A stretch of DNA of 64,000 nucleotides from Candidatus Dojkabacteria bacterium (GTDB lineage: Bacteria > Patescibacteriota > Dojkabacteria > SC72), in NCBI GenBank assembly GCA_012842045.1, contig DUTP01000003.1, positions 2,532-66,531 on the forward strand, in the 5' to 3' direction. Shown here piece by piece: positions 18,099 through 27,646 of this stretch; position 1 is the stretch's first letter; the number at the start of each line of letters is the position of its first letter. The notes below the pieces were generated by a model. It was not told where the DNA came from. It saw nothing but the letters and a program-made list of their open reading frames with translations, and ran no database searches. The translations under genes were made by a program, and so were the position numbers.

Positions 18099-19898
18099 TT
18101 ACCAATCACTAGTAGCAGACATCACTGCTGTTATTATGTTCTGTCCTTGATAACTTCCTGCCACAGTACCTGAAGGTACCTCAATTCCCCAGTAGGTATT
18201 CTTTTGTTGAGCAGTTGAAGAAATTGGCTTTTTGATTTTAAGTAGTACTGTTGCTGGTGAAGTTGAGAGAGAAGTTCCCGAACCGTATGCTGTTCCTGAA
18301 GTCATAGAGTATTGTTGTTTAGTTATGGAAATGGGTGTTCCTCCTGTACAACTAGGGTAGTTTGTACACATATTAGGCTTTGTAGAATCAACATGATGTG
18401 TTTGGTTTATACCTACATTTCCAGTAGCTCTTGTTGTAAGTGCTACTGTTAGAGACATATTAGCACCTGCACCCACATTACCATATGTTATATTATTTGG
18501 TGAAATACTAAAAGCGATAAGTTTCTTTACTTCTACTCCAGTTGTTGTCTGTGCATTGCCAGTTAGAGAACCACCATCTGTTGCTTTTACTGTTGCTAAC
18601 CAGTTTTCGCTTGCAAATTTAGAACCAGTATCTGTAGGGTCTGCATAGTACTGCATATTGGCAGTACAGTTATAAGTTGCTGTTCTACCACTACAGTTTG
18701 TTGTTGAACATGATAATTCAGGATAGCAGTAATTTCCATTCGGTGTAGCTGTGGCATCACATCCTGAGTAGCCAATACCTGACCTGTAGACATATGCTTT
18801 TACATTTGAAAGGGTACTACATCCGTTATCATCAGAAACTGTTGCTGTTATTGCTACTGGCTGTGTTGTTGATTCGGCTAGAGTGATTTCATTACTCCCT
18901 CCATGTAGTGAGACATCTGTAACTGTTGGTGCTACATTATTTACTGTAAAATGGGCATTTCTAGGTGTGTTACTTGCTAGTAAATTGAAATTATCTATAA
19001 CAAATGCATATGCATCGTTGGATCCTGCTGCATTAGGTTTTGGAACAGAATAAGAGCAGCTAGGATTTGCTGCTATCCCTTTATCTGGACTCCAACACCA
19101 CCTCTGAGATGGTCCTCCAGCACACTCTCCATTGGTTGGTGGGGTGTCTGATTTACATACTAGAAGTCTCACTCTACTTGTAGCATCAGGATTGTCTAAT
19201 AAATCAGGATCAGAAGGATTTAATGGTAATGGATCATCAGTATCTGAGGCTGTAGCTGTCCATGTTACTGTGGCTCCTGGATTAACAGTTGCAGATGATG
19301 GATCAATTGCTATTGCTGAGAATGTTGGAGGGTGGTTTACAAAGAAGGGTGAGCCAGAACCTCCTGTTCCTTGTGACATTGTACATTCAGAAGAAGCATT
19401 ATTATCACATACAAATGCATACCATGGATTTGACCAAGCATTACCAGGCACTGTCTGATATGAACAGCTTGCATCAGCTCCACTAGCTTGAGATGAGACA
19501 GGAGTAGCACAATATGGCGTTGCTCCTGCTGCACAACTAGGAGCATTTCCAGAAGTACCTTTTACTATAGCATTAGTAGAACAGACAATGAAATAGTAAG
19601 GCTCTCCATTCGGGTCTGTTGCATTAGCATTAAATGTTATAGTGGTACCAATAGCTGTTGGGTTAGTATCAGTACTAGTTGTAAATACTAAGGGGTCACT
19701 TGTGGGGACAGATTCTTCAGGACCAGTATTAAATGTAGGTGCACTATTCCCCACAGTAACATATGTAGAAATAGTTTCCACATCCCCTGTCTGAGCCTTA
19801 GCTTTAAAGATATATATAGTAGTTACTACTAAAATAGGTATTAATAGTAACAGGAATGTTTTTAGAAACTTCCCAGAAAAACCTTTTGTTTTCTTCAT
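18099..19898 (-). CDS. Cys-rich Thr/Ser-rich secreted surface protein, paralog A
   Basis: N-terminal signal-anchor. Conserved blocks VTVGNSAPTF, GEPYYFIVCSTN, WYAFVCDNNASSEC. C-terminus ...SATSDW. Paralogous to 21376..23109. Confidence 0.55.
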   Translation of the reverse strand: MKKTKGFSGKFLKTFLLLLIPILVVTTIYIFKAKAQTGDVETISTYVTVGNSAPTFNTGPEESVPTSDPLVFTTSTDTNPTAIGTTITFNANATDPNGEPYYFIVCSTNAIVKGTSGNAPSCAAGATPYCATPVSSQASGADASCSYQTVPGNAWSNPWYAFVCDNNASSECTMSQGTGGSGSPFFVNHPPTFSAIAIDPSSATVNPGATVTWTATASDTDDPLPLNPSDPDLLDNPDATSRVRLLVCKSDTPPTNGECAGGPSQRWCWSPDKGIAANPSCSYSVPKPNAAGSNDAYAFVIDNFNLLASNTPRNAHFTVNNVAPTVTDVSLHGGSNEITLAESTTQPVAITATVSDDNGCSTLSNVKAYVYRSGIGYSGCDATATPNGNYCYPELSCSTTNCSGRTATYNCTANMQYYADPTDTGSKFASENWLATVKATDGGSLTGNAQTTTGVEVKKLIAFSISPNNITYGNVGAGANMSLTVALTTRATGNVGINQTHHVDSTKPNMCTNYPSCTGGTPISITKQQYSMTSGTAYGSGTSLSTSPATVLLKIKKPISSTAQQKNTYWGIEVPSGTVAGSYQGQNIITAVMSATSDW

Positions 19899-19971
19899 AA
19901 TGCTTTTAAATTTGTATTAATTACAATAAGATACAACTGCCTCATAAAAGACAGTTGTATCCATTCTATTC

Positions 19972-21327
19972 CTAATTAACTTCCTTTCTATTAACAGACT
20001 TTATGATTGATTTACTAACCCAACCAGTAGTGCCATTTGGTAGTGAAACTTTATACCAACCAGCTGTTTCCTCAACTACAGTAAATGTCTCATCCTCTTT
20101 TGCTTCATATATAACTTTAGATGTTGTATCTGCTTTTGCATATACTGGGTATATTGTATCTCCTTGACTATCAACACTTTGGATGACATTAAGCATTGGT
20201 TGCTGTTTCTCCTTTATCATATCTTGTGTACCCTGTACTTCTTCCTTTCGATCTTTTACAATTGTTTCTTTAACTTCGATGCCAACAAGACTAGAAGCAA
20301 ACAAACCAACAAATACTAAGAATCCAAAACCTATTGAGAGCACTTGTCTTGTTGATGGTTTACTACCTAATGCGATAGAAGAAGTCTTTTCCTTCTCTTC
20401 TTCTGACTTATCTTTCCATAATTTGCTAATTAAGAAGTAGATTATCATTCCTGCTAGTATTGCTACGACAATCCATACTACATATGTCTTGTTGTCTTGT
20501 AAGAATTTAAATAAGGCAGGTGTAGTATCAACCTCTTCCTTCTCTGTTTTTGCTACTACAGGAGCTTCCTCCATAATTTTGAAAACCAGAAGATCTTTTC
20601 TTAGTGATTTAGCATTAAGAAAAACTTCTATTTCAATATAGTACTCTCCTAAGTCTAAGTCTGTGATGAATTGACCAGAGAGAACTTTTTGTTCATCTTC
20701 TTTTACAACACCTAAATTTGAAAGTTCATGCTCTTCCAATACATTGTTATTAGAATCCATAATAGTCACCTTTGCTGTAGGAGAAACATCTACATTACCC
20801 TCATTCTTAGCGGTAATATCTACTATAACAGGATGACCTTTTACGATATCATCGACCTCTATTAAAGTAATAGCTAAACTCTCAATATTCTCCTCTGTCA
20901 AGGTAAGGTCTCCATCTATCTTTAGCCCTTGTGCTATGGTAACTCCTTTCACTGCAGCATCAGAAGGATTGGCTTTAACTCTTAGAGAACCAGGATATTC
21001 TTTTAATTCTGCTGTTTCTGGTACTCTTACTTGAACCTTGAAAGTTTTAACTCTTTCTCCTTTCTCAAAAATGAATGTTCTACCAGGTGTGAAGACTAAC
21101 CAACTATTAGCTTCACCAAACTCTGGTTCTAAAACAATCATTATTTCATCTAAATTACCAGACCTCGAAAGTTTAAATTCTCGAGTATATGTTGAACCTG
21201 GTTTGAGATGCTTATTAATGATATCTGCAGGAGAAACACCAAAGCCTGCATTTACCAATGCTCCGCTTAGAGCAAGGAACATAACCCCTAGGGCTACTTT
21301 TTGTAAAATATTTTTTATGTTCTTCAT
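19972..21327 (-). CDS. secreted/membrane protein with C-terminal bacterial SH3 (SH3b) domain
   Basis: Signal peptide, internal TM segment YVVWIVVAILAGMIIYFLI, C-terminal GWYKVSLPNGTTGWVSKSII. Confidence 0.5.
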   Translation of the reverse strand: MKNIKNILQKVALGVMFLALSGALVNAGFGVSPADIINKHLKPGSTYTREFKLSRSGNLDEIMIVLEPEFGEANSWLVFTPGRTFIFEKGERVKTFKVQVRVPETAELKEYPGSLRVKANPSDAAVKGVTIAQGLKIDGDLTLTEENIESLAITLIEVDDIVKGHPVIVDITAKNEGNVDVSPTAKVTIMDSNNNVLEEHELSNLGVVKEDEQKVLSGQFITDLDLGEYYIEIEVFLNAKSLRKDLLVFKIMEEAPVVAKTEKEEVDTTPALFKFLQDNKTYVVWIVVAILAGMIIYFLISKLWKDKSEEEKEKTSSIALGSKPSTRQVLSIGFGFLVFVGLFASSLVGIEVKETIVKDRKEEVQGTQDMIKEKQQPMLNVIQSVDSQGDTIYPVYAKADTTSKVIYEAKEDETFTVVEETAGWYKVSLPNGTTGWVSKSIIKSVNRKEVN

Positions 21328-21375
21328 ATTGTTTTTAAATATATGTAAATATTAATTTATTTTGAATTTCTTCAA

Positions 21376-23109
21376 TTACCAATCACCAGTAGCACTCTTC
21401 TGTGCTGTTATTGTATTACTACCACTATATACACCTGTGGCTGTACCACCTGGGATGTTTATACCCCAGTATGTACTTGCTCCTGTAGGGCTTGTACTTA
21501 GTGGCTTTGGAATTTTTAATAGAACAGTAGCAGGACTTGTGCCTAAAACAAAGGCATTGGTTGTATCACTGTAAAGTATATTCGAAGTTAAAGCATATTT
21601 CTGATTGCTTACATAGATAGGTGTAAATCCACTTGCAGTTGAACATGTGTCGAAATCTGTACACATGTATTCAGAACCTGAATGGTCTTGATTTATTCCA
21701 GTATTGCCCGTAGGTGTTGTTGTTAAAACTTTGTCTAAGTATTCATTAGAATCCCCAGGTTCTAATTCGCCATAGTTGATAGTTCCTGTTATGCTAAAAC
21801 CAAGTAAGGAGTTAACTTCTACTCCTGTTCCTAAAACAAGATTACCAGTAGCAGTAGCTACATCAGTTGCATGTACATTTGCTAGCCAGTTGTCAGCTGT
21901 ATATGGAGTGTTTGCATCAGTAGGGTCTGCATGGAACTGCATAGAAACCTTACAAACATAGTTTGCAACACCGCTTGATTCTACACATGAGTTTTCCACT
22001 TGGTTACATGTAACCGGTGTATAACAATTGTTAGGATTGTGGTGTCCAATATTGGTGCATGTTACAGAGGATCTGTAAACATTGGCATATACACTTTGTA
22101 CATTTGAACAACCATTCTTATCAGTAACGGTTGCTTTTACATCAACATTTACAGTAGTGTTTTCTTCAAGTACGATGTTATTGCCATCGTTTAGTGTTAC
22201 ATTAGTTACTACTGGAGCCATATTATTTACAGTAAAAGTAGAGTTTGCTTCTTGTGATCCTCCAGATGCAGGTAAGTTGTGGGCATCTACAACATATACA
22301 TAGGCATCAAATGTCCCCGCTACATGTACTTCATCCATCTCGTATGAGCAGGTAGGATTTGATGCTGAAAGTTCACCTACACACCAACTCTCTCCAACAC
22401 AAGCTCCATTAGAAATTCCTCCACCGTTTGCTGCATCCTTTTTACAAACAACTAATTTTACCTGGTTGTTATCTGGGTCAGAGGCTGTTGCTGTCCATGT
22501 AACAGTTTCTCCTGGATTTTTAGGAGAGTTATTAGAAATTGCTGTAAATGTAGGAGCATGATTTACATAGAAAGGAGAGCTTGCATCTTCCCCTGTAAGT
22601 CCCTGATGTCCAGCAGAACATGCAGGTTGAGCATTATTATCACAAACAAATGCATACCATTCATTATTCCAGGAGTCTCCTGCTTTTGCTGTATACTGAC
22701 AAGTAGCTTGTTGTCCGCTAGCTGTCTCTATACTAGTACAGAGAGTATTAGCAGCAGAAGAACATGTACCTGGACCTGTTGTGTCAGGTTCAGTTATACT
22801 ATTTGTTCTACAGATAGTCATATAGTATGGTTCTCCATTACTATCCTCAGCATTTGCTTTGAAAGTGATAACTCCTCCGATTGCGGTTGGACTTGTGGTA
22901 CTACTTGCAGGAGATTCTACTGGTTCATAACCATCCATAAACTTAGGAGATGCATTTCCAACAGTAACCTCAGTAGGTATATCTACTGTTGTATATGCTC
23001 TTGTTTTGAATCCCTTAATTAAAAAAAAGGTGCATCCAAAGAGAGCAAGAACCACTAAGCTTCCAAGTGCGAAAATTCTTGTGGTAGAAAGGTTTTTAGT
23101 GTTTTTCAT
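21376..23109 (-). CDS. Cys-rich secreted surface protein, paralog B
   Basis: Same architecture and conserved blocks as paralog A (VTVGNASPKF, GEPYYMTICRTN, WYAFVCDNNAQPAC). C-terminus ...SATGDW. Confidence 0.55.
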   Translation of the reverse strand: MKNTKNLSTTRIFALGSLVVLALFGCTFFLIKGFKTRAYTTVDIPTEVTVGNASPKFMDGYEPVESPASSTTSPTAIGGVITFKANAEDSNGEPYYMTICRTNSITEPDTTGPGTCSSAANTLCTSIETASGQQATCQYTAKAGDSWNNEWYAFVCDNNAQPACSAGHQGLTGEDASSPFYVNHAPTFTAISNNSPKNPGETVTWTATASDPDNNQVKLVVCKKDAANGGGISNGACVGESWCVGELSASNPTCSYEMDEVHVAGTFDAYVYVVDAHNLPASGGSQEANSTFTVNNMAPVVTNVTLNDGNNIVLEENTTVNVDVKATVTDKNGCSNVQSVYANVYRSSVTCTNIGHHNPNNCYTPVTCNQVENSCVESSGVANYVCKVSMQFHADPTDANTPYTADNWLANVHATDVATATGNLVLGTGVEVNSLLGFSITGTINYGELEPGDSNEYLDKVLTTTPTGNTGINQDHSGSEYMCTDFDTCSTASGFTPIYVSNQKYALTSNILYSDTTNAFVLGTSPATVLLKIPKPLSTSPTGASTYWGINIPGGTATGVYSGSNTITAQKSATGDW

Positions 23110-23155
23110 ACATATACATTTAACTTAATCTATATAAACATTACATTAGTACTCT

Positions 23156-24448
23156 TTAAAAATCAACACCTTTGAGTAATTTTTCTATCTCTAACAATCT
23201 ATTATATTTTGCAACCCTCTCTCCTCTAACAGGTCCTCCAAATTTTGAGAACTTAGCAGGAGTAGCAACAACTAAATCTGCTATGAAAACATCTACAGTT
23301 TCTCCGCTTCTGTGTGAGACAATACTATCCATACCATTATCAGTAGCCATCCTTATAGCATCCAAGGTTTCTGTCACTGTTCCAATCTGATTAGGTTTCG
23401 CTAAAAGAGTATTGGCAGATTTCTCTTTAATACATTTTTCAATTCTCTTAACATTTGTAGTTAGTAAATCATCGCCAACAGTTCTTTTACCATCTTTACC
23501 AAAGTCAGCTGTGAATTTAGTCCATGTTTCCCAATCATCCTCATGGAAAGGATCTTCAACAGAGATAATTGGATATTTTGAGTACAATTCTTTTTGTTGT
23601 GCATACCACTCATCTGTGGTTAAAGGAGTCTTTCTTGCATTAAGTTTATACACTTTTTCATCCTCATCGTAGAATTCAGAAGATGCTACATCAATAGCTA
23701 AATTAAATTCACTACCTGGTTTAAATCCTGCTTTTTCAATTGCTTCAACCATTATTTGAAATGCTTCTTCATTACTTCCTTTTATCTCTTTTGGTGCAAA
23801 TGCTCCTTCGAAACCAACACCTATTGAGTAGTTTTTTTCGATAAGAATTTGTTCTAAATTTTTGTAAACCTTAACACCAGCTCTTAGTGACTCTGTAAAA
23901 CTTCCAAATCTCTCTATATTAGGTACAACCATATATTCCTGTATATCTGTTGCCCAGTCACCATGCTTTCCACCTTCTAGAACCAAAAGTAGTGGAGTAG
24001 GTAGTTGGAATTTGTCATTAGAATACTTATCTGCCCAATATATCATTCCTAGGTATTGATACATCTCTATTCCAAAGCTGTTAGCAACGGCTCTACAGAA
24101 TGCAATTGAACATGAAAGGATACTGTTTCCACCTAGTTTGGTCTTTAACTCTGTTCCATCTGCTTCTAAAAGAATTTGATCAAATTCTTCTTGATTCTCT
24201 ATTGTTCTATCTTTAAATAGAGGGGCGATAGTTTTGTTTACAATATCAACAGCTTTAAGTACTCCTTTGCCATCGTATCTTTTTTTATCACCATCTCTTA
24301 ACTCAAGTACCTCTGTTTTTCCAGTTGAAGCACCAGATGGTATAGAAGCCACCCCAGTTGTTCCATCTAGCAATTCTATGGTAGTTTCAATTGTAGGATT
24401 ACCATTAGAATCAAGTATTTCTCTTGCGTAAATCTTTTCTATCTTCAT
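23156..24448 (-). CDS. eno: enolase (phosphopyruvate hydratase)
   Basis: MKIEKIYAREILDSNGNPT..., SGASTGKTEVLELRDGD. Start trimmed to the internal Met at 24448; the track's 24523 start adds an implausible 25-aa leader. Confidence 0.9.
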   Translation of the reverse strand: MKIEKIYAREILDSNGNPTIETTIELLDGTTGVASIPSGASTGKTEVLELRDGDKKRYDGKGVLKAVDIVNKTIAPLFKDRTIENQEEFDQILLEADGTELKTKLGGNSILSCSIAFCRAVANSFGIEMYQYLGMIYWADKYSNDKFQLPTPLLLVLEGGKHGDWATDIQEYMVVPNIERFGSFTESLRAGVKVYKNLEQILIEKNYSIGVGFEGAFAPKEIKGSNEEAFQIMVEAIEKAGFKPGSEFNLAIDVASSEFYDEDEKVYKLNARKTPLTTDEWYAQQKELYSKYPIISVEDPFHEDDWETWTKFTADFGKDGKRTVGDDLLTTNVKRIEKCIKEKSANTLLAKPNQIGTVTETLDAIRMATDNGMDSIVSHRSGETVDVFIADLVVATPAKFSKFGGPVRGERVAKYNRLLEIEKLLKGVDF

Positions 24449-24580
24449 ATGCTGATCTATGTTTATGAACTTATTTTGAATCATTTTGAACCAAAACAGC
24501 AAACATTGCAAATTTAAAAACAACTCAATCTGGTTGAGTTTCTTTTTTCTCTTTGATAGAATTACAACATTCTACACTTA

Positions 24581-24666
24581 GCTGAGGTGGTGGAACTGGC
24601 AGACACGCTACCTTGAGGTGGTAGTGGGAGTTAAATCCCTTGCAGGTTCGATTCCTGTCCTCAGCA
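24581..24666 (+). tRNA. tRNA-Leu (anticodon GAG), long variable arm
   Basis: GCTGAGG...CCTCAGCA acceptor. Anticodon loop TTGAGGT. 19-nt variable arm. Confidence 0.85.
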
Positions 24667-24676
24667 TATGTGATAT

Positions 24677-24751
24677 GGACGACTAGCTCAGCTGGTCTAG
24701 AGCATCTCGTTTACACCGAGAGGGTCACAGGTTCGAATCCTGTGTCGTCCA
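24677..24751 (+). tRNA. tRNA-Val (anticodon TAC)
   Basis: GGACGAC...GTCGTCCA acceptor. Anticodon loop TTTACAC. Confidence 0.85.
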
Positions 24752-24819
24752 TTTTCTTTTATCTACAACAAATATTGTCATTGTTGACACAGCTTAATAC
24801 TCATACTATTATAGTTTAT

Positions 24820-25074
24820 ATGAGTATTAAAAGAGCAGGATTGTTAATAGGAGGGGCAGTGATACTGGGTATCATTGCAGGTATTCTCACAAAGAATGTA
24901 TTGATAGGTATCGTCTTTGTAATTCTTGTAGGAGGATTTGGGATGATGTGGAGATATATTCGAAGGAATGAAAGGATGGATACTGCAGAGAGAGAGCATA
25001 TTCCTGAACGTACAAGTCTCTTATCCCCAGAACCTCAGCAGGAAAAGAATGAACCTCCTGTAGAAAAAATGTAA
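24820..25074 (+). CDS. small hypothetical membrane protein
   Basis: MSIKRAGLLIGGAVILGIIAGIL... with two predicted TM segments. The track ORF 24640.. overlaps the two tRNAs and was trimmed to an internal Met. Confidence 0.35.
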   Translation: MSIKRAGLLIGGAVILGIIAGILTKNVLIGIVFVILVGGFGMMWRYIRRNERMDTAEREHIPERTSLLSPEPQQEKNEPPVEKM

Positions 25075-25154
25075 TATCTCTTACCGATTTTTAATGTAGG
25101 AGTTTTAGTTTTATTTCTCAAGTTAGATTTTTGATATAATAATCAACATAGTTT

Positions 25155-25228
25155 GGATGATTAGCTCAGCTGGTTAGAGCACTACATTCACATTGTAGGG
25201 GTCATTGGTTCGAATCCAATATCATCCA
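25155..25228 (+). tRNA. tRNA-Val (anticodon CAC)
   Basis: GGATGAT...ATCATCCA acceptor. Anticodon loop TTCACAT. Confidence 0.85.
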
Positions 25229-25897
25229 TTTTTCTTTTTTCTTTTTGATATAGCTTTGAAGAAAGAAAAGAAATACACCTAAAGCTAAACATGTTTCAGC
25301 TACCTCATAATCCTGTGGCATAAAACCATATTTGTTTCTGGATAACAGATTAATAAAAAGAGGAAAGAAGTAAAAGAAGTAATTCCACTCAGGTATAATA
25401 TGATTAAGTGTTTTCTTAAAAGCTTCTCTAATATTTGTTGATTTTTTAATCAATCTTTTCCCAATCCATGCAAAACAACCTATAAATCCTAATACTATAT
25501 AAATATATCCAATAATAGAGTGAATAGTATCTATATTATGAATATTCTGTTCTCCTTGTACATTTCGCTCCATAAGTTCTGTTGGTAAAGAGAGAATATT
25601 AGGTAAAAAAGGAATTCTCTCTCCCCAACTAATCTCCTCAAAAGCAATGAAGATAAGACCTAAGGTAAGAATAATATATATCACTAAGAGAAACCTGTTT
25701 TCTTTGTACTTAATTGCTAATAGTATTGTTAAAATACCAGAAAATAAGTAGAGAAAGAATTGTCCCCATTCTAAAAGATTGTCTTCAGCTCCTACTCTTT
25801 GGTATACAGGAAAACTAAAGCTCCTTAGTAAAAGCAGATAAATAATTAGGATTAAAGGTAAAATAAGTATAATAATTTTCCAAATGTTTTTCTTCAT
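25202..25897 (-). CDS. polytopic membrane protein, hypothetical
   Basis: Multiple hydrophobic helices. The last 9 codons overlap tRNA-Val on the opposite strand. Confidence 0.45.
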   Translation of the reverse strand: MKKNIWKIIILILPLILIIYLLLLRSFSFPVYQRVGAEDNLLEWGQFFLYLFSGILTILLAIKYKENRFLLVIYIILTLGLIFIAFEEISWGERIPFLPNILSLPTELMERNVQGEQNIHNIDTIHSIIGYIYIVLGFIGCFAWIGKRLIKKSTNIREAFKKTLNHIIPEWNYFFYFFPLFINLLSRNKYGFMPQDYEVAETCLALGVFLFFLQSYIKKKKEKWMILDSNQ

Positions 25898-25906
25898 AAA
25901 CTGCTT

Positions 25907-26392
25907 TTAAATTTCACTAGTACAGAAAGGACATTTCTTAGCATCTTTATCAATACTGGATTTACAGAAAGGACACTTTTTTGTTGTATTTTCATGTTTC
26001 TCCTGTTCATCTTTTTTGTGTTTCTTACTCAATTTGCTAATCCAGGAGATAATAATAAAGAGTGTAAATGAAGTTATTAGAAAAGATATTAAAGCATCTA
26101 TAAAATTACCATATGTAAATACTATTTCTCCTGCTTCTTGGGCTGCCTCAAGAGATTCATAATGATTTTGTCCTAAAACAAAATATCTATGACTAAAATC
26201 AATACCTGAGAGTAATTTAGCTAATGGAGGGTTAATAATATCTTTGATAAGAGATTCTACAACAGAGGTTATGGCTGAACCAATTATCATACCGATAGCA
26301 ATATCTATGACAGATCCTTTAAAAGCGAAATCTTTAAATCTTTCAGCAAATCCCTCAATTTTTTCTTTTATTGTTTTTCTCTTTTTTTTCAT
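25907..26392 (-). CDS. mscL: large-conductance mechanosensitive channel MscL with C-terminal CxxC zinc-ribbon extension
   Basis: FKDFAFKGSVIDIAIGMIIGSAITSVV...INPPLAKLL matches the MscL TM1 signature. C-terminal CPFCKSSIDKDAKKCPFC. Confidence 0.75.
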   Translation of the reverse strand: MKKKRKTIKEKIEGFAERFKDFAFKGSVIDIAIGMIIGSAITSVVESLIKDIINPPLAKLLSGIDFSHRYFVLGQNHYESLEAAQEAGEIVFTYGNFIDALISFLITSFTLFIIISWISKLSKKHKKDEQEKHENTTKKCPFCKSSIDKDAKKCPFCTSEI

Positions 26393-27602
26393 CGCTAATA
26401 TCTTTTATAAATTTAATAACAAGAAACAAAATAGTTGATAATGTTAACAGACTATACAAAATTATTTGATTTTGAACAACAATATCAATAGAAGAGTTTC
26501 TCAAAGTAAACAATATTATCTGTAGTACAGTTGCACAGAAGAGTATTAAAATGTAGGAATATGTATTGTTTGAGATAAAATAGTTGGCAATCATATATAC
26601 AATTGAATATCCAGTCATACATAATCCAAAAATCCCTAGATATTTAACAATACTTAGGTACTGTTCTCCAACAGAGAATTTTACAACCAATTCTCCAAAG
26701 AGGAAGAAGATAGCAGAAAGAACAACTCCTATAGCTAAAGATAAGGCTAGTGCTATTAATAAACTTCTTCTTTTTCGTTTAGCTTTTTCTTCATTGGTTA
26801 ATCTTGCAAACATAACAGAAGAGGTTATCACACATGCAAAATATACAATTTTCCCTAAGAGGGAGAGAGAAGAATATTCTGCTCTAAATGCTTCATTCAC
26901 TAATATCAAGTCTAATGTGAAGGGCATGGTGAGTAGTAGAAATGAGATACTCATTAGAAAAAATTCCTTCCAGTTCTGTCCTGCTATTTTCTTCTTTACT
27001 GTTTTGTATTGAAGCAAAGGAATTATTAAAACAGTAGTAGCAATTGTTGGTAGAGTGTTGGAAAGAATGAGCAAAGGAATATCTCCTCCTCTATTTATTG
27101 CAATTATGCCAACAAGAAACCTTAGTAATGTCTCACCTAGTAAGATAAAGTTAACTGTAATAACTTTTTCTTCTCCTAATAACAAACCTTTAGATACAGG
27201 GGAGATGAATGAGAAAATTAATGCGATTGCTAAATAAATCATATATTCAACAGGGAGAGATGCTATCTCTGCAATAGGATGTCTGAGTAAGAAGAAAATT
27301 CCTGCTACGACTACTCCTAATATTGAGAAGGAGATTAGAGTACTCCATTTGTATGTATTAAGGTCTTTATCTTTGTTTTGAGCAACTGTTTTAGTGACTA
27401 GAGATTGTACTGATGTACCGGCTATTTGTGATAGGTATATAATGCCAAGAGCAGCACTGAATGTCCCAAATATTACAGGTGATGTATATTTAGCTACTAG
27501 GATATTAAAAGCATAGTTTAAGAGACCAACTATTCCTCCTAGTACTGTTGTTAGGAATAGGTTTATTATAAATTTTCTTTCTTTACCTAACAATTTAGCC
27601 AT
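26355..27602 (-). CDS. polytopic membrane protein, oligosaccharide flippase (Wzx/MOP superfamily)-like
   Basis: 415 aa with ~12 predicted TM helices. Architecture only, no diagnostic motif. Confidence 0.4.
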   Translation of the reverse strand: MAKLLGKERKFIINLFLTTVLGGIVGLLNYAFNILVAKYTSPVIFGTFSAALGIIYLSQIAGTSVQSLVTKTVAQNKDKDLNTYKWSTLISFSILGVVVAGIFFLLRHPIAEIASLPVEYMIYLAIALIFSFISPVSKGLLLGEEKVITVNFILLGETLLRFLVGIIAINRGGDIPLLILSNTLPTIATTVLIIPLLQYKTVKKKIAGQNWKEFFLMSISFLLLTMPFTLDLILVNEAFRAEYSSLSLLGKIVYFACVITSSVMFARLTNEEKAKRKRRSLLIALALSLAIGVVLSAIFFLFGELVVKFSVGEQYLSIVKYLGIFGLCMTGYSIVYMIANYFISNNTYSYILILFCATVLQIILFTLRNSSIDIVVQNQIILYSLLTLSTILFLVIKFIKDISDEKKEKNNKRKN

Positions 27603-27646
27603 ATTTGTTGTTATAATAAAGTATTAATATGTAACATTTTATCATT

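Noticed and set aside
24640-25074. 144-aa ORF spanning tRNA-Leu and tRNA-Val
   Set aside because: Its first ~60 codons are the tRNA genes. Only the distal part (from ATG 24820) is a plausible small membrane protein.
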